Shown here: positions 40,193 to 49,850 of the stretch, piece by piece
How the letters are laid out: every line of letters begins with the position of its first letter
How positions within the stretch are numbered: position 1 is the stretch's first letter
From: a virus
Virus record (IMG/VR): IMGVR_UViG_3300011115_000879
Location: 95,568 to 159,567 of that record
Length of the DNA: 64,000 nucleotides
Direction: 5' to 3' (one strand)
Notes under the pieces: generated by a model
What the model was told of the DNA's origin: nothing
Seen by the model: only the letters and a program-made list of their open reading frames with translations
Databases searched by the model: none
Position numbers and translations under genes: made by a program

Positions 40193-40702
40193 ATGAAACA
40201 ACCGATCAACGAAATCCGCAGAATGCAGCAATTAGCTGGGTTAATTGTGGAGGCATTTAATTCTTTTTTAGATACAGATATGGGAGGGTGGATAAGAGAA
40301 TATATTGATGATGTTGTTGAAGATAATATGGGCGAACCAGAATCATTAAATTTAGAATATCGTTCTGATTTTGATATAGCTTTTAATTTAGCTCTTTCTA
40401 AGCTTTCCCAAGAACAATTTCCATTATATATATCAGATGATTCTAAATTAGCTCCTGGATTTATTGAACCTAAAGGAATTGGATTTGTAATGAATAATAA
40501 TAAAGAAACAATAACACCAGAAATGGTTCAAATATTTAATAATAATTATGGTATAATTGATATTAACTATATTAGAGATTTCTTTACAAACGCAAATAAT
40601 TGGAAGATGATTACTGATGAAAATGATATATCTAATTATAAAAAATTATATTTAATTGATACTAAAAGTAATCAAATAGGTAATAAAGAAAGTTTCTTTT
40701 AA
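40193..40702 (+). CDS. Putative internal head (cargo) protein with tag MKQPINEIRRMQQLAGLIVE
   Basis: N-terminal 20 aa nearly identical to ORF 105; own ATATTTAT motif (40150-40157) although embedded in the replication module. Confidence 0.55.
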   Translation: MKQPINEIRRMQQLAGLIVEAFNSFLDTDMGGWIREYIDDVVEDNMGEPESLNLEYRSDFDIAFNLALSKLSQEQFPLYISDDSKLAPGFIEPKGIGFVMNNNKETITPEMVQIFNNNYGIIDINYIRDFFTNANNWKMITDENDISNYKKLYLIDTKSNQIGNKESFF

Positions 40703-40713
40703 TAGAAATAAGT

Positions 40714-40744
40714 TTTGAAAGTCAAAATAAGAATCATAGATTCA
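40714..40744 (+). promoter_or_regulatory. Candidate Bacteroidota-type (-33/-7) early promoter
   Basis: TTTG-N19-TAGATTCA upstream of the SSB gene. Confidence 0.4.
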
Positions 40745-40791
40745 CTTTAATATCGTGTTCATAGAACACTTCACACTTAAAACAACATAAC

Positions 40792-41622
40792 ATGGACTTA
40801 AGTCTCATCAAACAGAAGCTCGCCTCTTCTCAAAATAAAGGCCAAAAAAGAGAAAAAGTAGATTACTCCAAAATCTTCTGGAAACCTAAAGCAGGTAAAC
40901 ATCAAGTACGAATTCTCCCCTCTAAATTCGACAAAACAAACCCATTCCGCGAAGTGTATTTTCACTATGGTTTCTCTAAAGGACCAATCCTCGCATTAAC
41001 TAACTGGAATGAAAAAGACCCAATTGTAGAATTTGCAAAATCTCTCCGTAAATCATCTGATAAAGACGATTGGCAATTAGCTAAAAAAGTAGAACCAAAA
41101 TTACGTTACTTTGCACCTGTACTTATTCGTGGTGAAGAAGCACAAGGCGCTCGCTTATGGGAATTTGGTAAATTAATTTATGAACAATTACTAGGCATTG
41201 CTTCAGATGAAGATTACGGTGATTACACAGACATTACTGACGGTCGCGACTTTACAGTTGAAGCTGTTGAAGAAGTAATTATGGGTAGAAAAGGTATTAA
41301 ATGTAATTTGCGTGTTAAACCTAAAACAACTCCAATCTCCGAAGATGCTACAGTAGTAGGTAACTCACTAAATGAACAACCCGATATCTTCAGTATCAAT
41401 AAACGTTACACGTTTGATGAATTGAAAGATCTACTAGACAAATGGTTGAATCCGGACGATGAAGAAACTACAGAAACTCCAATCGCTTCTAAAACAGAAG
41501 ATGAAGAGGAAGAAGATGATTTCCTAAAAGAAATGAATGCACCTGTAGAAAAGACGTACATTCTAGATACAAGCGCCGCTAAAGTTAGTAACGCAGACAA
41601 GTTCGACGATTTATTCAACTAA
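40792..41622 (+). CDS. Single-stranded DNA-binding protein (gp32-like)
   Basis: FWKPK.GK..VRILP, FHY, DPI.E, LWEFGK..Y, D.TD...GRDF, acidic tail ending DKFDDLFN. Confidence 0.85.
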   Translation: MDLSLIKQKLASSQNKGQKREKVDYSKIFWKPKAGKHQVRILPSKFDKTNPFREVYFHYGFSKGPILALTNWNEKDPIVEFAKSLRKSSDKDDWQLAKKVEPKLRYFAPVLIRGEEAQGARLWEFGKLIYEQLLGIASDEDYGDYTDITDGRDFTVEAVEEVIMGRKGIKCNLRVKPKTTPISEDATVVGNSLNEQPDIFSINKRYTFDELKDLLDKWLNPDDEETTETPIASKTEDEEEEDDFLKEMNAPVEKTYILDTSAAKVSNADKFDDLFN

Positions 41623-41636
41623 TATAAAATTAAGTT

Positions 41637-42743
41637 ATGGCTAAAGCAACTAAGCCTGGAGACACACTTTCAAGTGTGATCTCCAAGGCTATAAACTCCA
41701 AAGAGGGTTTCAGTTTAGATAATTTCAAAAAATCTAAATTTTTAAATCAATCTGTAAAGTTTAAACAACAAAAATGGATTCCATTTTCAACTGCACTACA
41801 AGAAGCATTAGGAATTCCAGGAATACCAACAGGTGGTATTACACTATTACGTGGCCATTCAAATACAGGTAAATCAACAACGCTATCTGAAATTGCAGCT
41901 AACGCTCAGAAAATGGGTATTCTACCCGTTTATATTATTACTGAGATGAAACACGATTGGGACTTCCCAAGAAAGTTAGGGTTTCAAATGGAAGAAGTAG
42001 TGGACGAAGCAACAGGCGAAGTAATCGATTATAAAGGTTTCTTCATGTATGTTGATAGAGGTTCACTGAATAGTATTGAAGATATGGCTGGATTTATTGC
42101 TGATCTATTAAACGAACAAGCACAAGGTAAACTACCATACGATTTATTATTCTTGATTGATAGTATTGGTTCAATTCCATGTAAAATGAGTATTGAAGCA
42201 AACAGCAATAACCCACAATGGAACGCTGGAGCATACAGTCAGCAATTTGGTAACTTTATCAATCAAAGAATCACATTATCTCGCAAGGAAAATCAACCAT
42301 ACACTAACTCATTAGTATGCGTTAATAAAGTATGGGTTTCACCCGCTGAAACGCGATTCTCTCAACCTAAAATGCGAAATAAAGGTGGAGATACAATGTT
42401 CTATGATGCTTCATTAGTACTAACATTTGGTAATATTACAAATTCAGGTGTAAGTAAGATTAAAGCAACTAAGAATAAGAAAGAAGTTGAATTTGCAGCT
42501 AGAACTAAAGTAAGTTGCGATAAAAATCACGTAACTGGTATTACTACTAAGTCTACAATTATAATGACACCACATGGTTTCATTGAAGATGAAGCTAAAG
42601 CTATCGACAAATATAAGAAGGAACACAGTAACGAGTGGGTACCTATATTAGGAGCAGCAGGCGAAATTGAAATTGTAGAGGACAACTCAGAATGGGACGA
42701 AGATAATAAAAACATTCCCGTAATAGGAGTAGAGGAAAACTAG
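41637..42743 (+). CDS. uvsX: RecA/UvsX-like recombinase
   Basis: GIP.G.IT.L.GHSNTGKST (Walker A), LIDSIGS (Walker B), KGG....Y.AS. Confidence 0.85.
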   Translation: MAKATKPGDTLSSVISKAINSKEGFSLDNFKKSKFLNQSVKFKQQKWIPFSTALQEALGIPGIPTGGITLLRGHSNTGKSTTLSEIAANAQKMGILPVYIITEMKHDWDFPRKLGFQMEEVVDEATGEVIDYKGFFMYVDRGSLNSIEDMAGFIADLLNEQAQGKLPYDLLFLIDSIGSIPCKMSIEANSNNPQWNAGAYSQQFGNFINQRITLSRKENQPYTNSLVCVNKVWVSPAETRFSQPKMRNKGGDTMFYDASLVLTFGNITNSGVSKIKATKNKKEVEFAARTKVSCDKNHVTGITTKSTIIMTPHGFIEDEAKAIDKYKKEHSNEWVPILGAAGEIEIVEDNSEWDEDNKNIPVIGVEEN

Positions 42744-42759
42744 TATGAAAAATAAGTAA

Positions 42760-42782
42760 GGAGGACACATAGTGTGTCCTCC
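42760..42782 (+). promoter_or_regulatory. GC-rich hairpin (terminator or processing stem) before the HNH gene
   Basis: GGAGGACACA-tag-TGTGTCCTCC; no clear U-tail. Confidence 0.5.
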
Positions 42783-42816
42783 ATATACTTATAATATTTA
42801 TAGGAAATAATAAAAT

Positions 42817-43212
42817 ATGTACGATCCGCAAAAAAGCAAAGAATACTATGCTAAAGTAAGAGAACAAAAAATAAAAAAAACTATAGCATATACTAAGAAA
42901 AAAATTCAAGAAGATCCTGAATATAAACTTAAACATTATTTAGGAATTAAAATGTGTACTTTTATTCGTTCTATTAAAGGAGCAAATGAATTTATAGGGT
43001 GTGATATTATTCAATTTATTAAACATATTGAATTTCAGTTTACTAAAGAAATGAATTGGGATAACCATGGTATAATATGGGAATTAGATCATAAAAAACC
43101 AATGAGTTCTTTTAATCTATCTAATCTTGAAGAACAAAAATTATGCTTTCATTACACTAATCTTCAACCTTTACTTAAAAATGATAATAGAACTAAATCA
43201 AATAAATTATGA
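42817..43212 (+). CDS. Free-standing HNH homing endonuclease
   Basis: WELDHKKP...F.....CFHYTNLQPL...N..KS; own promoter motif at 42794-42801. Confidence 0.8.
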   Translation: MYDPQKSKEYYAKVREQKIKKTIAYTKKKIQEDPEYKLKHYLGIKMCTFIRSIKGANEFIGCDIIQFIKHIEFQFTKEMNWDNHGIIWELDHKKPMSSFNLSNLEEQKLCFHYTNLQPLLKNDNRTKSNKL

Positions 43213-43463
43213 GTAAAGAAATAACCGAAGATGAACTACATCAACTAACATACAAAGCCATAGATGAACTATACGAAGTATATGAAATAAACCACTCATT
43301 CACAATGTGCCTCTATTTGAGATTTAATGGCGATGCTGAACACCCAGGCGAATTGCTAACCAAAGAAGAATTTAAAAAATTATGTACTGATGGTGGTCAA
43401 TGGACTACAGCATATGACGCACTTTTTCAATACATTGTAAAAGAATATAGATTAAAAAAATAA
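43209..43463 (+). CDS. Hypothetical protein
   Basis: 84-aa ORF in operon. Confidence 0.5.
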   Translation: MSKEITEDELHQLTYKAIDELYEVYEINHSFTMCLYLRFNGDAEHPGELLTKEEFKKLCTDGGQWTTAYDALFQYIVKEYRLKK

Positions 43464-43469
43464 AAAATT

Positions 43470-44486
43470 ATGAAAAATAAATATGCCGATATATTATCCA
43501 AAGTAAATAATGATCAGCGTAATATTTCTGATTCTATATTAATAGTGGATGGTTTAAATACATTTCTTCGATCATTTACCATGATTAACCATATTAATCC
43601 GGAAGGTCATCATATTGGAGGATTAACAGGTTTCTTAAAATCATTAGGTTATGCTATCAAGACAATAGACCCAACAAAAGTAATTATAGTATTTGATGGT
43701 ATAGGAGGATCTAATAGTAAAAAGAATCTTTATCCTGACTATAAGGCAAATAGAGGCGGTAGTCGCATGACGAATTACGCTATATTCTCTAATAAAGAGG
43801 ATGAAAAAGAAGCTATCAATAACCAAATGTCAAGATTAATTGAGTATCTTCAATATCTACCAGTATCAATGATATGCATAGACGGAATTGAGGCAGATGA
43901 TGTAATAGGTTATTTAGTTGGTAAATTTGAAAAATTCAAATCAACTAGAGAAATAACAATAATGTCCTCCGATCAAGATTTCATTCAATTAGTAAGTAAT
44001 AAAACAAAAGTATATTCACCTACTAAGAAAAAAATATATACACCTGCAGAAGTATTAGATGAGTATAAAGTTTATCCTCACAACTACGGTCTGTATAAAG
44101 TGTTTATGGGAGATAAAGGTGATAACATTCCTAAAGTAAAGGGATTCGGTGAGGAAAAACTATTTAAGATATTACCTAGTATAAGAGAAGAAACACCACT
44201 AACACTATCAGAAAGTCTAGAATTAATAGATCCGAACGATAAATGGGGGATGCAAGTATTAAATTACAAACATCAATTAGAAATTAATAGTCAGCTCATA
44301 GATTTAAAGACAATACCAATATCACAAGGTAACGAAGAACATATTAAACATAGTTTTAATACACAGTATGAACTGAATACACGCATATTTATGCAAATGT
44401 ACATCTCAGATCAATTAGGAGAATCACTTCCTAATACTGCAAGCTGGTTAAACCAAGTATTTGGTTCTCTAAGCTCTTTTAAGTAA
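43470..44486 (+). CDS. 5'-3' exonuclease / T4 RNase H-like flap endonuclease
   Basis: LIVDG.N, VFDG.G, YKANR, IEADDVIG, SSDQDF.QL, GD..DNIP.V.G.G.K. Confidence 0.9.
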   Translation: MKNKYADILSKVNNDQRNISDSILIVDGLNTFLRSFTMINHINPEGHHIGGLTGFLKSLGYAIKTIDPTKVIIVFDGIGGSNSKKNLYPDYKANRGGSRMTNYAIFSNKEDEKEAINNQMSRLIEYLQYLPVSMICIDGIEADDVIGYLVGKFEKFKSTREITIMSSDQDFIQLVSNKTKVYSPTKKKIYTPAEVLDEYKVYPHNYGLYKVFMGDKGDNIPKVKGFGEEKLFKILPSIREETPLTLSESLELIDPNDKWGMQVLNYKHQLEINSQLIDLKTIPISQGNEEHIKHSFNTQYELNTRIFMQMYISDQLGESLPNTASWLNQVFGSLSSFK

Positions 44487-44491
44487 TTTTA
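44460..44491 (+). promoter_or_regulatory. Candidate Bacteroidota-type promoter
   Basis: TTTG-N20-TAATTTTA upstream of 44507 and the helicase gene. Confidence 0.35.
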
Positions 44492-44506
44492 TAAAAACAA
44501 TAGGTT

Positions 44507-44764
44507 ATGGAAGTAAAAGAAACATATAACCCATACTGTCCAGTTTGTGATGGATGTGGAGAAGATGGATGTTGCAGTGCAATGCATTGTGAACAAAGCC
44601 CAGAAGGTTCATATTGTGAAACATATTTAAGAGATTTGAAATTTGGATATTTCATGCATAACTTAATTATTGAAAAGATTTATAATGAAAAAGAGAAGTA
44701 TAAAGAGCTAATTGAGTTCTTTAAAGAAGCAGTTGATACTAATTACAATAAAATTTACAAATAA
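44507..44764 (+). CDS. Small Cys-rich hypothetical protein
   Basis: CPVCDGCGEDGCCSAMHC...C. Confidence 0.55.
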   Translation: MEVKETYNPYCPVCDGCGEDGCCSAMHCEQSPEGSYCETYLRDLKFGYFMHNLIIEKIYNEKEKYKELIEFFKEAVDTNYNKIYK

Positions 44765-44773
44765 ATAGGTTAT

Positions 44774-46156
44774 ATGGCTACATTAAATAAACTTAATCAG
44801 TACGGAAACGCTTTCCAGATTAAAGTATTAGGCGCACTACTAACACAACGAGATTTCCTGTTAAATATAGCAGATTCACTTGACAGTGAATATTTCGAAT
44901 CACAAGCACATAAGTGGGTTATAGAATACATTATTAAATACTTCACTCAATACCATACGTATCCGACTGTAGAAACACTATCAATCGAAATTAAAAAGAT
45001 TGATAACGAAGTACTAAGAATATCGCTTACAGATTCATTGCGTGAAGCCTATAAAATGTCTGATGTAAGTGATCTAGAATGGGTTGAGAAAGAGTTTAGT
45101 GACTTCTGTAAGAATCAACAAATGAAGAAAGCCATTATGACATCAGTAGATTTACTGAGTCTAGGCGATTACGATGGTATCAGAGGTTTGATCAACGATG
45201 CAATGAAAGCAGGCGAAGACAAAAATGTTGGTTTAGATTACACAGTAGATATTGAAACTAGATATCGTGAAGATGATAGAAGAGTAATACCATTCCCATG
45301 GAAAACATTTAACGACTTAACACAAGGTGGTTATGGTAAAGGTGATCTAGTATTACTATTCGGTAACCCAGGTGGAGGTAAATCATGGGGTGTAATGGCA
45401 ATGGGCGCTTATGCAGCAGCATTAGGATTTAATGTAGTACATTACACACTAGAATTATCTGAAGGTTATGTAGGTAAACGCTACGATGCTATATTCTCAG
45501 GTATCGATGTTGATAAATTAAAAGACCATCGTGCTGAAGTAGAAGCAGCAATCAGTAAAGTGAAAGGTAAGATTATGGTTAAAGAGTATGCACCTAAACG
45601 AGCATCACTAGATACAATCGAAGCACACATTCAACAACTAGAACATCAAAACGAATTCAAACCAGATCTAATCATTATTGACTATCTAGATTTACTACGC
45701 ACTAAAGGTAGAAAAGAACGTAAAGATGAGATTGATGACGTTTACACAGATGCTAAAGGATTAGCTAAAGAATTAGGAATACCAGTAGTATCACCATCAC
45801 AAGCAAATAGAACAGGTGCTGAAGAAGGTATTTTACAAGCGAAAAATGCGGCTGGCTCTTACGACAAAATAATGATCGGAGATATTATTATCTCATTAGC
45901 TCGCGGCCGTAAAGACAAAGTTAACGGTACTGGTAATTGGCACATCATCAAAAACAGATATGGTGCTGACGGATTAACATTTGGATCTAAAATCAACACA
46001 GCAAACGGCTACATAGACATTAATGATCATCCAATGGATGATGATGAAATAGATTCAAAAGCTAACAATAAACCAACAAACAACTTCTCAGAAATAGGTG
46101 TAGAAGATCGTTACGTTCTTCGCAGCAAGTTCATGAAACTAGAAAAGGAACAATAA
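44774..46156 (+). CDS. Replicative DnaB-like helicase (gp41-like)
   Basis: GNPGGGKS, YTLELSE, IIIDYLDLL, SQANR, KNRYG.DG. Confidence 0.9.
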   Translation: MATLNKLNQYGNAFQIKVLGALLTQRDFLLNIADSLDSEYFESQAHKWVIEYIIKYFTQYHTYPTVETLSIEIKKIDNEVLRISLTDSLREAYKMSDVSDLEWVEKEFSDFCKNQQMKKAIMTSVDLLSLGDYDGIRGLINDAMKAGEDKNVGLDYTVDIETRYREDDRRVIPFPWKTFNDLTQGGYGKGDLVLLFGNPGGGKSWGVMAMGAYAAALGFNVVHYTLELSEGYVGKRYDAIFSGIDVDKLKDHRAEVEAAISKVKGKIMVKEYAPKRASLDTIEAHIQQLEHQNEFKPDLIIIDYLDLLRTKGRKERKDEIDDVYTDAKGLAKELGIPVVSPSQANRTGAEEGILQAKNAAGSYDKIMIGDIIISLARGRKDKVNGTGNWHIIKNRYGADGLTFGSKINTANGYIDINDHPMDDDEIDSKANNKPTNNFSEIGVEDRYVLRSKFMKLEKEQ

Positions 46157-46195
46157 TATTTAATATATTTATAACTACAACAATAAATAAAGATT

Positions 46196-46453
46196 ATGAT
46201 AACAGTAAAAAGATTTACAGCAGCTTGGTGTGGTCCATGCAAACAACTAGCCCCAGTCATTGAACAACTACAAAGAGAAATGTCTAGTGTTAATTTTGAA
46301 ACCATAGATGTAGACGCTAGCCCAGACATAGCAATGAAATATGATGTAAGGTCAGTACCTACTTTAATATTTGAGAAGGGGGGGCAAGAAGTAAAGCGTA
46401 CCTTAGGAGCACAGACAAAAGCATCTCTTATTTCAACTATAAATTCACTTTAA
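46196..46453 (+). CDS. trxA: Thioredoxin
   Basis: WCGPCK, VRSVPT. Confidence 0.95.
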   Translation: MITVKRFTAAWCGPCKQLAPVIEQLQREMSSVNFETIDVDASPDIAMKYDVRSVPTLIFEKGGQEVKRTLGAQTKASLISTINSL

Positions 46454-47403
46454 TGATCACAGATCCACGTTTATTTTACAAACCATTTGAATACCAAGAG
46501 GCATTCGGCTTCTATAAAGACCAACATAGGGCACATTGGTTAGCTGATGAAGTTCCATTAGCATCTGATCTAAACGATTGGAAACAAAAATTAACCGAAT
46601 CTGAAAAGAATCTAATCGGTAATATCTTAAAGTCATTCGCTCAAACTGAAGTACACGTAAATGATTACTGGTCAACTAAAGTATCGTTATGGTTTCCAAA
46701 ACCAGAGATACAAGCAATGGCTCGTGTGTTTGCTGACTTTGAAAGTATCCATGCTGAAGCATATGCTCGCTTAAATGAAGAATTAGGATTAGATGATTTT
46801 GAAGCGTTTATGGAAGATGAAACATCTAAAGCTAAAATTGATCGCTTAATTGAAGTACCAGGTACTAACATTGAAGAAAAAGCACTATCATTAGCTATAT
46901 TCTCCGCGTTTACTGAAGGTGTAAATTTATTCTCATCATTCGCTATCTTAATGTCATTTCAATTAAGAAACTTAATGAAAGGTACAGGACAGATTGTTGA
47001 GTGGAGTGTAAGAGACGAATCATTACATTCAAGAGCAGGATGTTGGTTATTTAATAAATTACTAGAAGAACAACCTGAACTTAACACCCCAGAAATGAGG
47101 AATAACGTCATTGAAGCATGTAATTTATCAGTACAATTAGAATACGATTTCATTGATAAAGCATTTGAAATGGGTGATATTGAAGGTTTAAATAAAGAAC
47201 AATTAAAAGCTTTCATCAAAGCTAGAGCAAACGAAAAGATGATTGAATTAGGTTATAATGCAATCTACAACGACATCGATCCCAATTTATTGAAACAAAT
47301 GGAATGGTTCGGACATTTAACAAGTGGTAAAACACACCAAGACTTCTTCGCAGGTCGCGTAACAAATTATTCCAAATCAGTAGCAGATTGGTCAGATCTT
47401 TAA
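46453..47403 (+). CDS. nrdB: Ribonucleotide reductase class I beta subunit
   Basis: HW...EV, ESIH..AY, EGV.LFSSF, RDESLH, DFF. Confidence 0.95.
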   Translation: MITDPRLFYKPFEYQEAFGFYKDQHRAHWLADEVPLASDLNDWKQKLTESEKNLIGNILKSFAQTEVHVNDYWSTKVSLWFPKPEIQAMARVFADFESIHAEAYARLNEELGLDDFEAFMEDETSKAKIDRLIEVPGTNIEEKALSLAIFSAFTEGVNLFSSFAILMSFQLRNLMKGTGQIVEWSVRDESLHSRAGCWLFNKLLEEQPELNTPEMRNNVIEACNLSVQLEYDFIDKAFEMGDIEGLNKEQLKAFIKARANEKMIELGYNAIYNDIDPNLLKQMEWFGHLTSGKTHQDFFAGRVTNYSKSVADWSDL

Positions 47404-47417
47404 AATAAAAATATAAA

Positions 47418-49142
47418 ATGAGCATACAAGTAGACACAGATAACTGGATTAAAGGAAAGAACTATCCAGTTTGGATGGATGAAATAGCGGTAAGTATGAT
47501 ATCAAAAGGATATCTATTACCAGATGAAGATGTATTTGATGCTTATAAAAGAGTAAGTAAAGCAGCAGCACGTAGATTAAGACGTAAAGACTTACAACCG
47601 TTCTTCAACGAAGCAATTGTAAAAAACTGGTTATGTTTAGCATCACCTGTATTATCAAATTTAGGTACTGAACGTGGAATGCCTATTTCATGTTTCGGAA
47701 TTGATGTAGGTGATGCTATTGAAGGTATTGCTGATGCAAATTCAGAATTAATGCGCTTATCATCTCAAGGTGGTGGTGTTGGTATTAGTGTATCTCGTAT
47801 TAGAGGTAGAGGTAAAACTATTAGAGACAATGGTACATCTGAAGGTGTAGTTCCATGGTGTAAAATTTATGATTCAACTATCCTAGCAACAAATCAAGGA
47901 TCAGTTAGAAGAGGAGCAGCATCAGTTAATTTATCTATTAACCACCCAGACGTTGAAGAATTTTTAGGAATCCGTAGACCAAAAGGTGATGTAAATCGTC
48001 AATGTTTAAATCTACACCAATGTGTAGTAATTGATGATTCATTCATGGAAAAATTAGAAAACAAAGACGAACGCTCAATGCGTTTATGGGGTGAAATTTT
48101 AAAAACACGTCTTGAAACAGGTGAACCTTATATCATGTTTGAAGATAATGTTAATAAAGCTAATCCTGAAGGATATAAGAAACTGAATCTACACGTTTCA
48201 ATGACAAACATCTGTAGTGAAATTTCATTATACACAGATGAATTACATTCATTCATTTGCTGCTTATCATCATTGAATTTAGCACGTTGGGATGAATGGA
48301 AAGAATATAAGTTTGAGAATGGAATGTCATTACCTGAATTGACATGTTGGTTTCTAGAAGGTGTACTACAAGAATTCATTGATAGAGCTAAGAACATTAA
48401 ATTCATGGAAAATACAGTTCGCTCCGCATCTAAAGGTAGAGCAATTGGAATTGGCGTTTTAGGATGGCATACATTACTACAATCAAAGAATTTACCATTT
48501 GTAGGAATACAAGCATCAGCATTAACAAGAATCATCTCAGCATTCATTGAAACTGAAGCATTAAAAGCATCACGCGATCAAGCAGTACAATACGGAGAAC
48601 CAGAATGGTGTAAAGGTACTGGATTGAGACACTCACATCATTTAGCGATTGCACCAACAGTATCAAACGCTCATATTTCAGGTGGTGTATCTCCATCAAT
48701 TGAACCTATTCCAGCTAATGTATACAATCTTAAAACGGCGAAAGGAGTATTTATCAAACGAAATAAAATACTAGAAGCGTTATTAGAGAGTAAGGGTTAT
48801 AACATTGATAGCGTTTGGGATCAGATTTTAAAAGATCAAGGATCAGTAATTAATATTCCTAGCTACATCTTAACAGATGAAGAAAAAGCAGTATTCTTAA
48901 CATTTAAGGAAATTAATCAATTAGAAATAGTAAAACAAAACGCTATTAGACAAAAATACGTTGATCAAGCTATTTCATTGAATTTATGTTTCGATCCAAA
49001 CGATACTCCAAAATTCATATCTCAAGTACATAAAGAAGCACATAAATTAGGAATTAAAACATTATACTACCTACGTACTGAATCAGTATTGAGAGGAGAT
49101 AATTTACAAAGGTTATCATCTTGCGTATCTTGTGAAGGATAG
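47418..49142 (+). CDS. nrdA: Ribonucleotide reductase class I alpha subunit (no obvious ATP cone)
   Basis: PISCF, GGGVG, TNICSEI, AIAPT, KTLYY, C-terminal C..CEG. Confidence 0.95.
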   Translation: MSIQVDTDNWIKGKNYPVWMDEIAVSMISKGYLLPDEDVFDAYKRVSKAAARRLRRKDLQPFFNEAIVKNWLCLASPVLSNLGTERGMPISCFGIDVGDAIEGIADANSELMRLSSQGGGVGISVSRIRGRGKTIRDNGTSEGVVPWCKIYDSTILATNQGSVRRGAASVNLSINHPDVEEFLGIRRPKGDVNRQCLNLHQCVVIDDSFMEKLENKDERSMRLWGEILKTRLETGEPYIMFEDNVNKANPEGYKKLNLHVSMTNICSEISLYTDELHSFICCLSSLNLARWDEWKEYKFENGMSLPELTCWFLEGVLQEFIDRAKNIKFMENTVRSASKGRAIGIGVLGWHTLLQSKNLPFVGIQASALTRIISAFIETEALKASRDQAVQYGEPEWCKGTGLRHSHHLAIAPTVSNAHISGGVSPSIEPIPANVYNLKTAKGVFIKRNKILEALLESKGYNIDSVWDQILKDQGSVINIPSYILTDEEKAVFLTFKEINQLEIVKQNAIRQKYVDQAISLNLCFDPNDTPKFISQVHKEAHKLGIKTLYYLRTESVLRGDNLQRLSSCVSCEG

Positions 49143-49157
49143 GCAAAACAAAAACAT

Positions 49158-49201
49158 TAAATTCACAACAATGATAAAATTAATTGATTTACTAAACGAA
49201 G
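49158..49201 (+). repeat. 44-bp exact direct repeat, copy 1
   Basis: TAAATTCACAACAATGATAAAATTAATTGATTTACTAAACGAAG, identical to 49807-49850. Confidence 0.95.
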
Positions 49202-49809
49202 ATATTAATGGGGGTATTGTTTATACCTATAGAAGTCAAAAAAGCCTACCAGATATAGAAGCTAATGGTATAAAAATGTCAGATAAAAATAAACAAAATT
49301 CTGAAGATTATAACATTCCTGATTATGGGTATACTTATTATACTTCTACTAGTAAAGATCCTAATTGGATTGATAAAAACCCATATGGAGATGCTAATGC
49401 TCCGTATACTGTAAGAATATCTATAGATTTAAATAAAATAAAAAACGATAAAAACTATAGTTTTAAAGATTTAGATGATGTAGAAGAATGGAACTACCCA
49501 GAATATCAAGAAGTAAGAATATACTCTAATACAAAAAATAGAATACCTTTAGAATATATTAGTTCTATTGATATTCTTAGAAGAAGATCAGGAGATGAGT
49601 ATGGATGGGACTTTACTGGTCAACTTAATTTAGAACCAGAAGTAAAAACATATATTGATAATACTTTTAAAGATAATCCAGACTTAGATGAAGATTCTTT
49701 TCCATATGATGAAATGTATGATTACTTTACAGAATTTTGGAATCATGAAGATGAATCTTATGATAGTGCTTCTCAAGAAGTTAAGGACTATATAAAATCT
49801 AAAAAATAA
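49171..49809 (+). CDS. Tagged (MIKLIDLLNE) putative ADP-ribosyltransferase-fold protein
   Basis: Start set at ATG 49171 by the repeat. IVYTYR / YTSTSK / EYQEVRI match the R-STS-E ART layout. Confidence 0.5.
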   Translation: MIKLIDLLNEDINGGIVYTYRSQKSLPDIEANGIKMSDKNKQNSEDYNIPDYGYTYYTSTSKDPNWIDKNPYGDANAPYTVRISIDLNKIKNDKNYSFKDLDDVEEWNYPEYQEVRIYSNTKNRIPLEYISSIDILRRRSGDEYGWDFTGQLNLEPEVKTYIDNTFKDNPDLDEDSFPYDEMYDYFTEFWNHEDESYDSASQEVKDYIKSKK

Positions 49810-49850
49810 ATTCACAACAATGATAAAATTAATTGATTTACTAAACGAAG
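49807..49850 (+). repeat. 44-bp exact direct repeat, copy 2
   Basis: Identical to 49158-49201; spans stop codon, spacer, ATG and tag codons. Confidence 0.95.

Noticed and set aside
49132-49170. GTG-started extension of the first tagged ART-like gene
   Set aside because: Overlaps the nrdA end; the 44-bp repeat and tag place the start at 49171.
49158-49850. 44-bp repeat as a CRISPR array or att site
   Set aside because: Only two full copies 649 bp apart, coding for a start and tag; no cas or integrase gene in the window.
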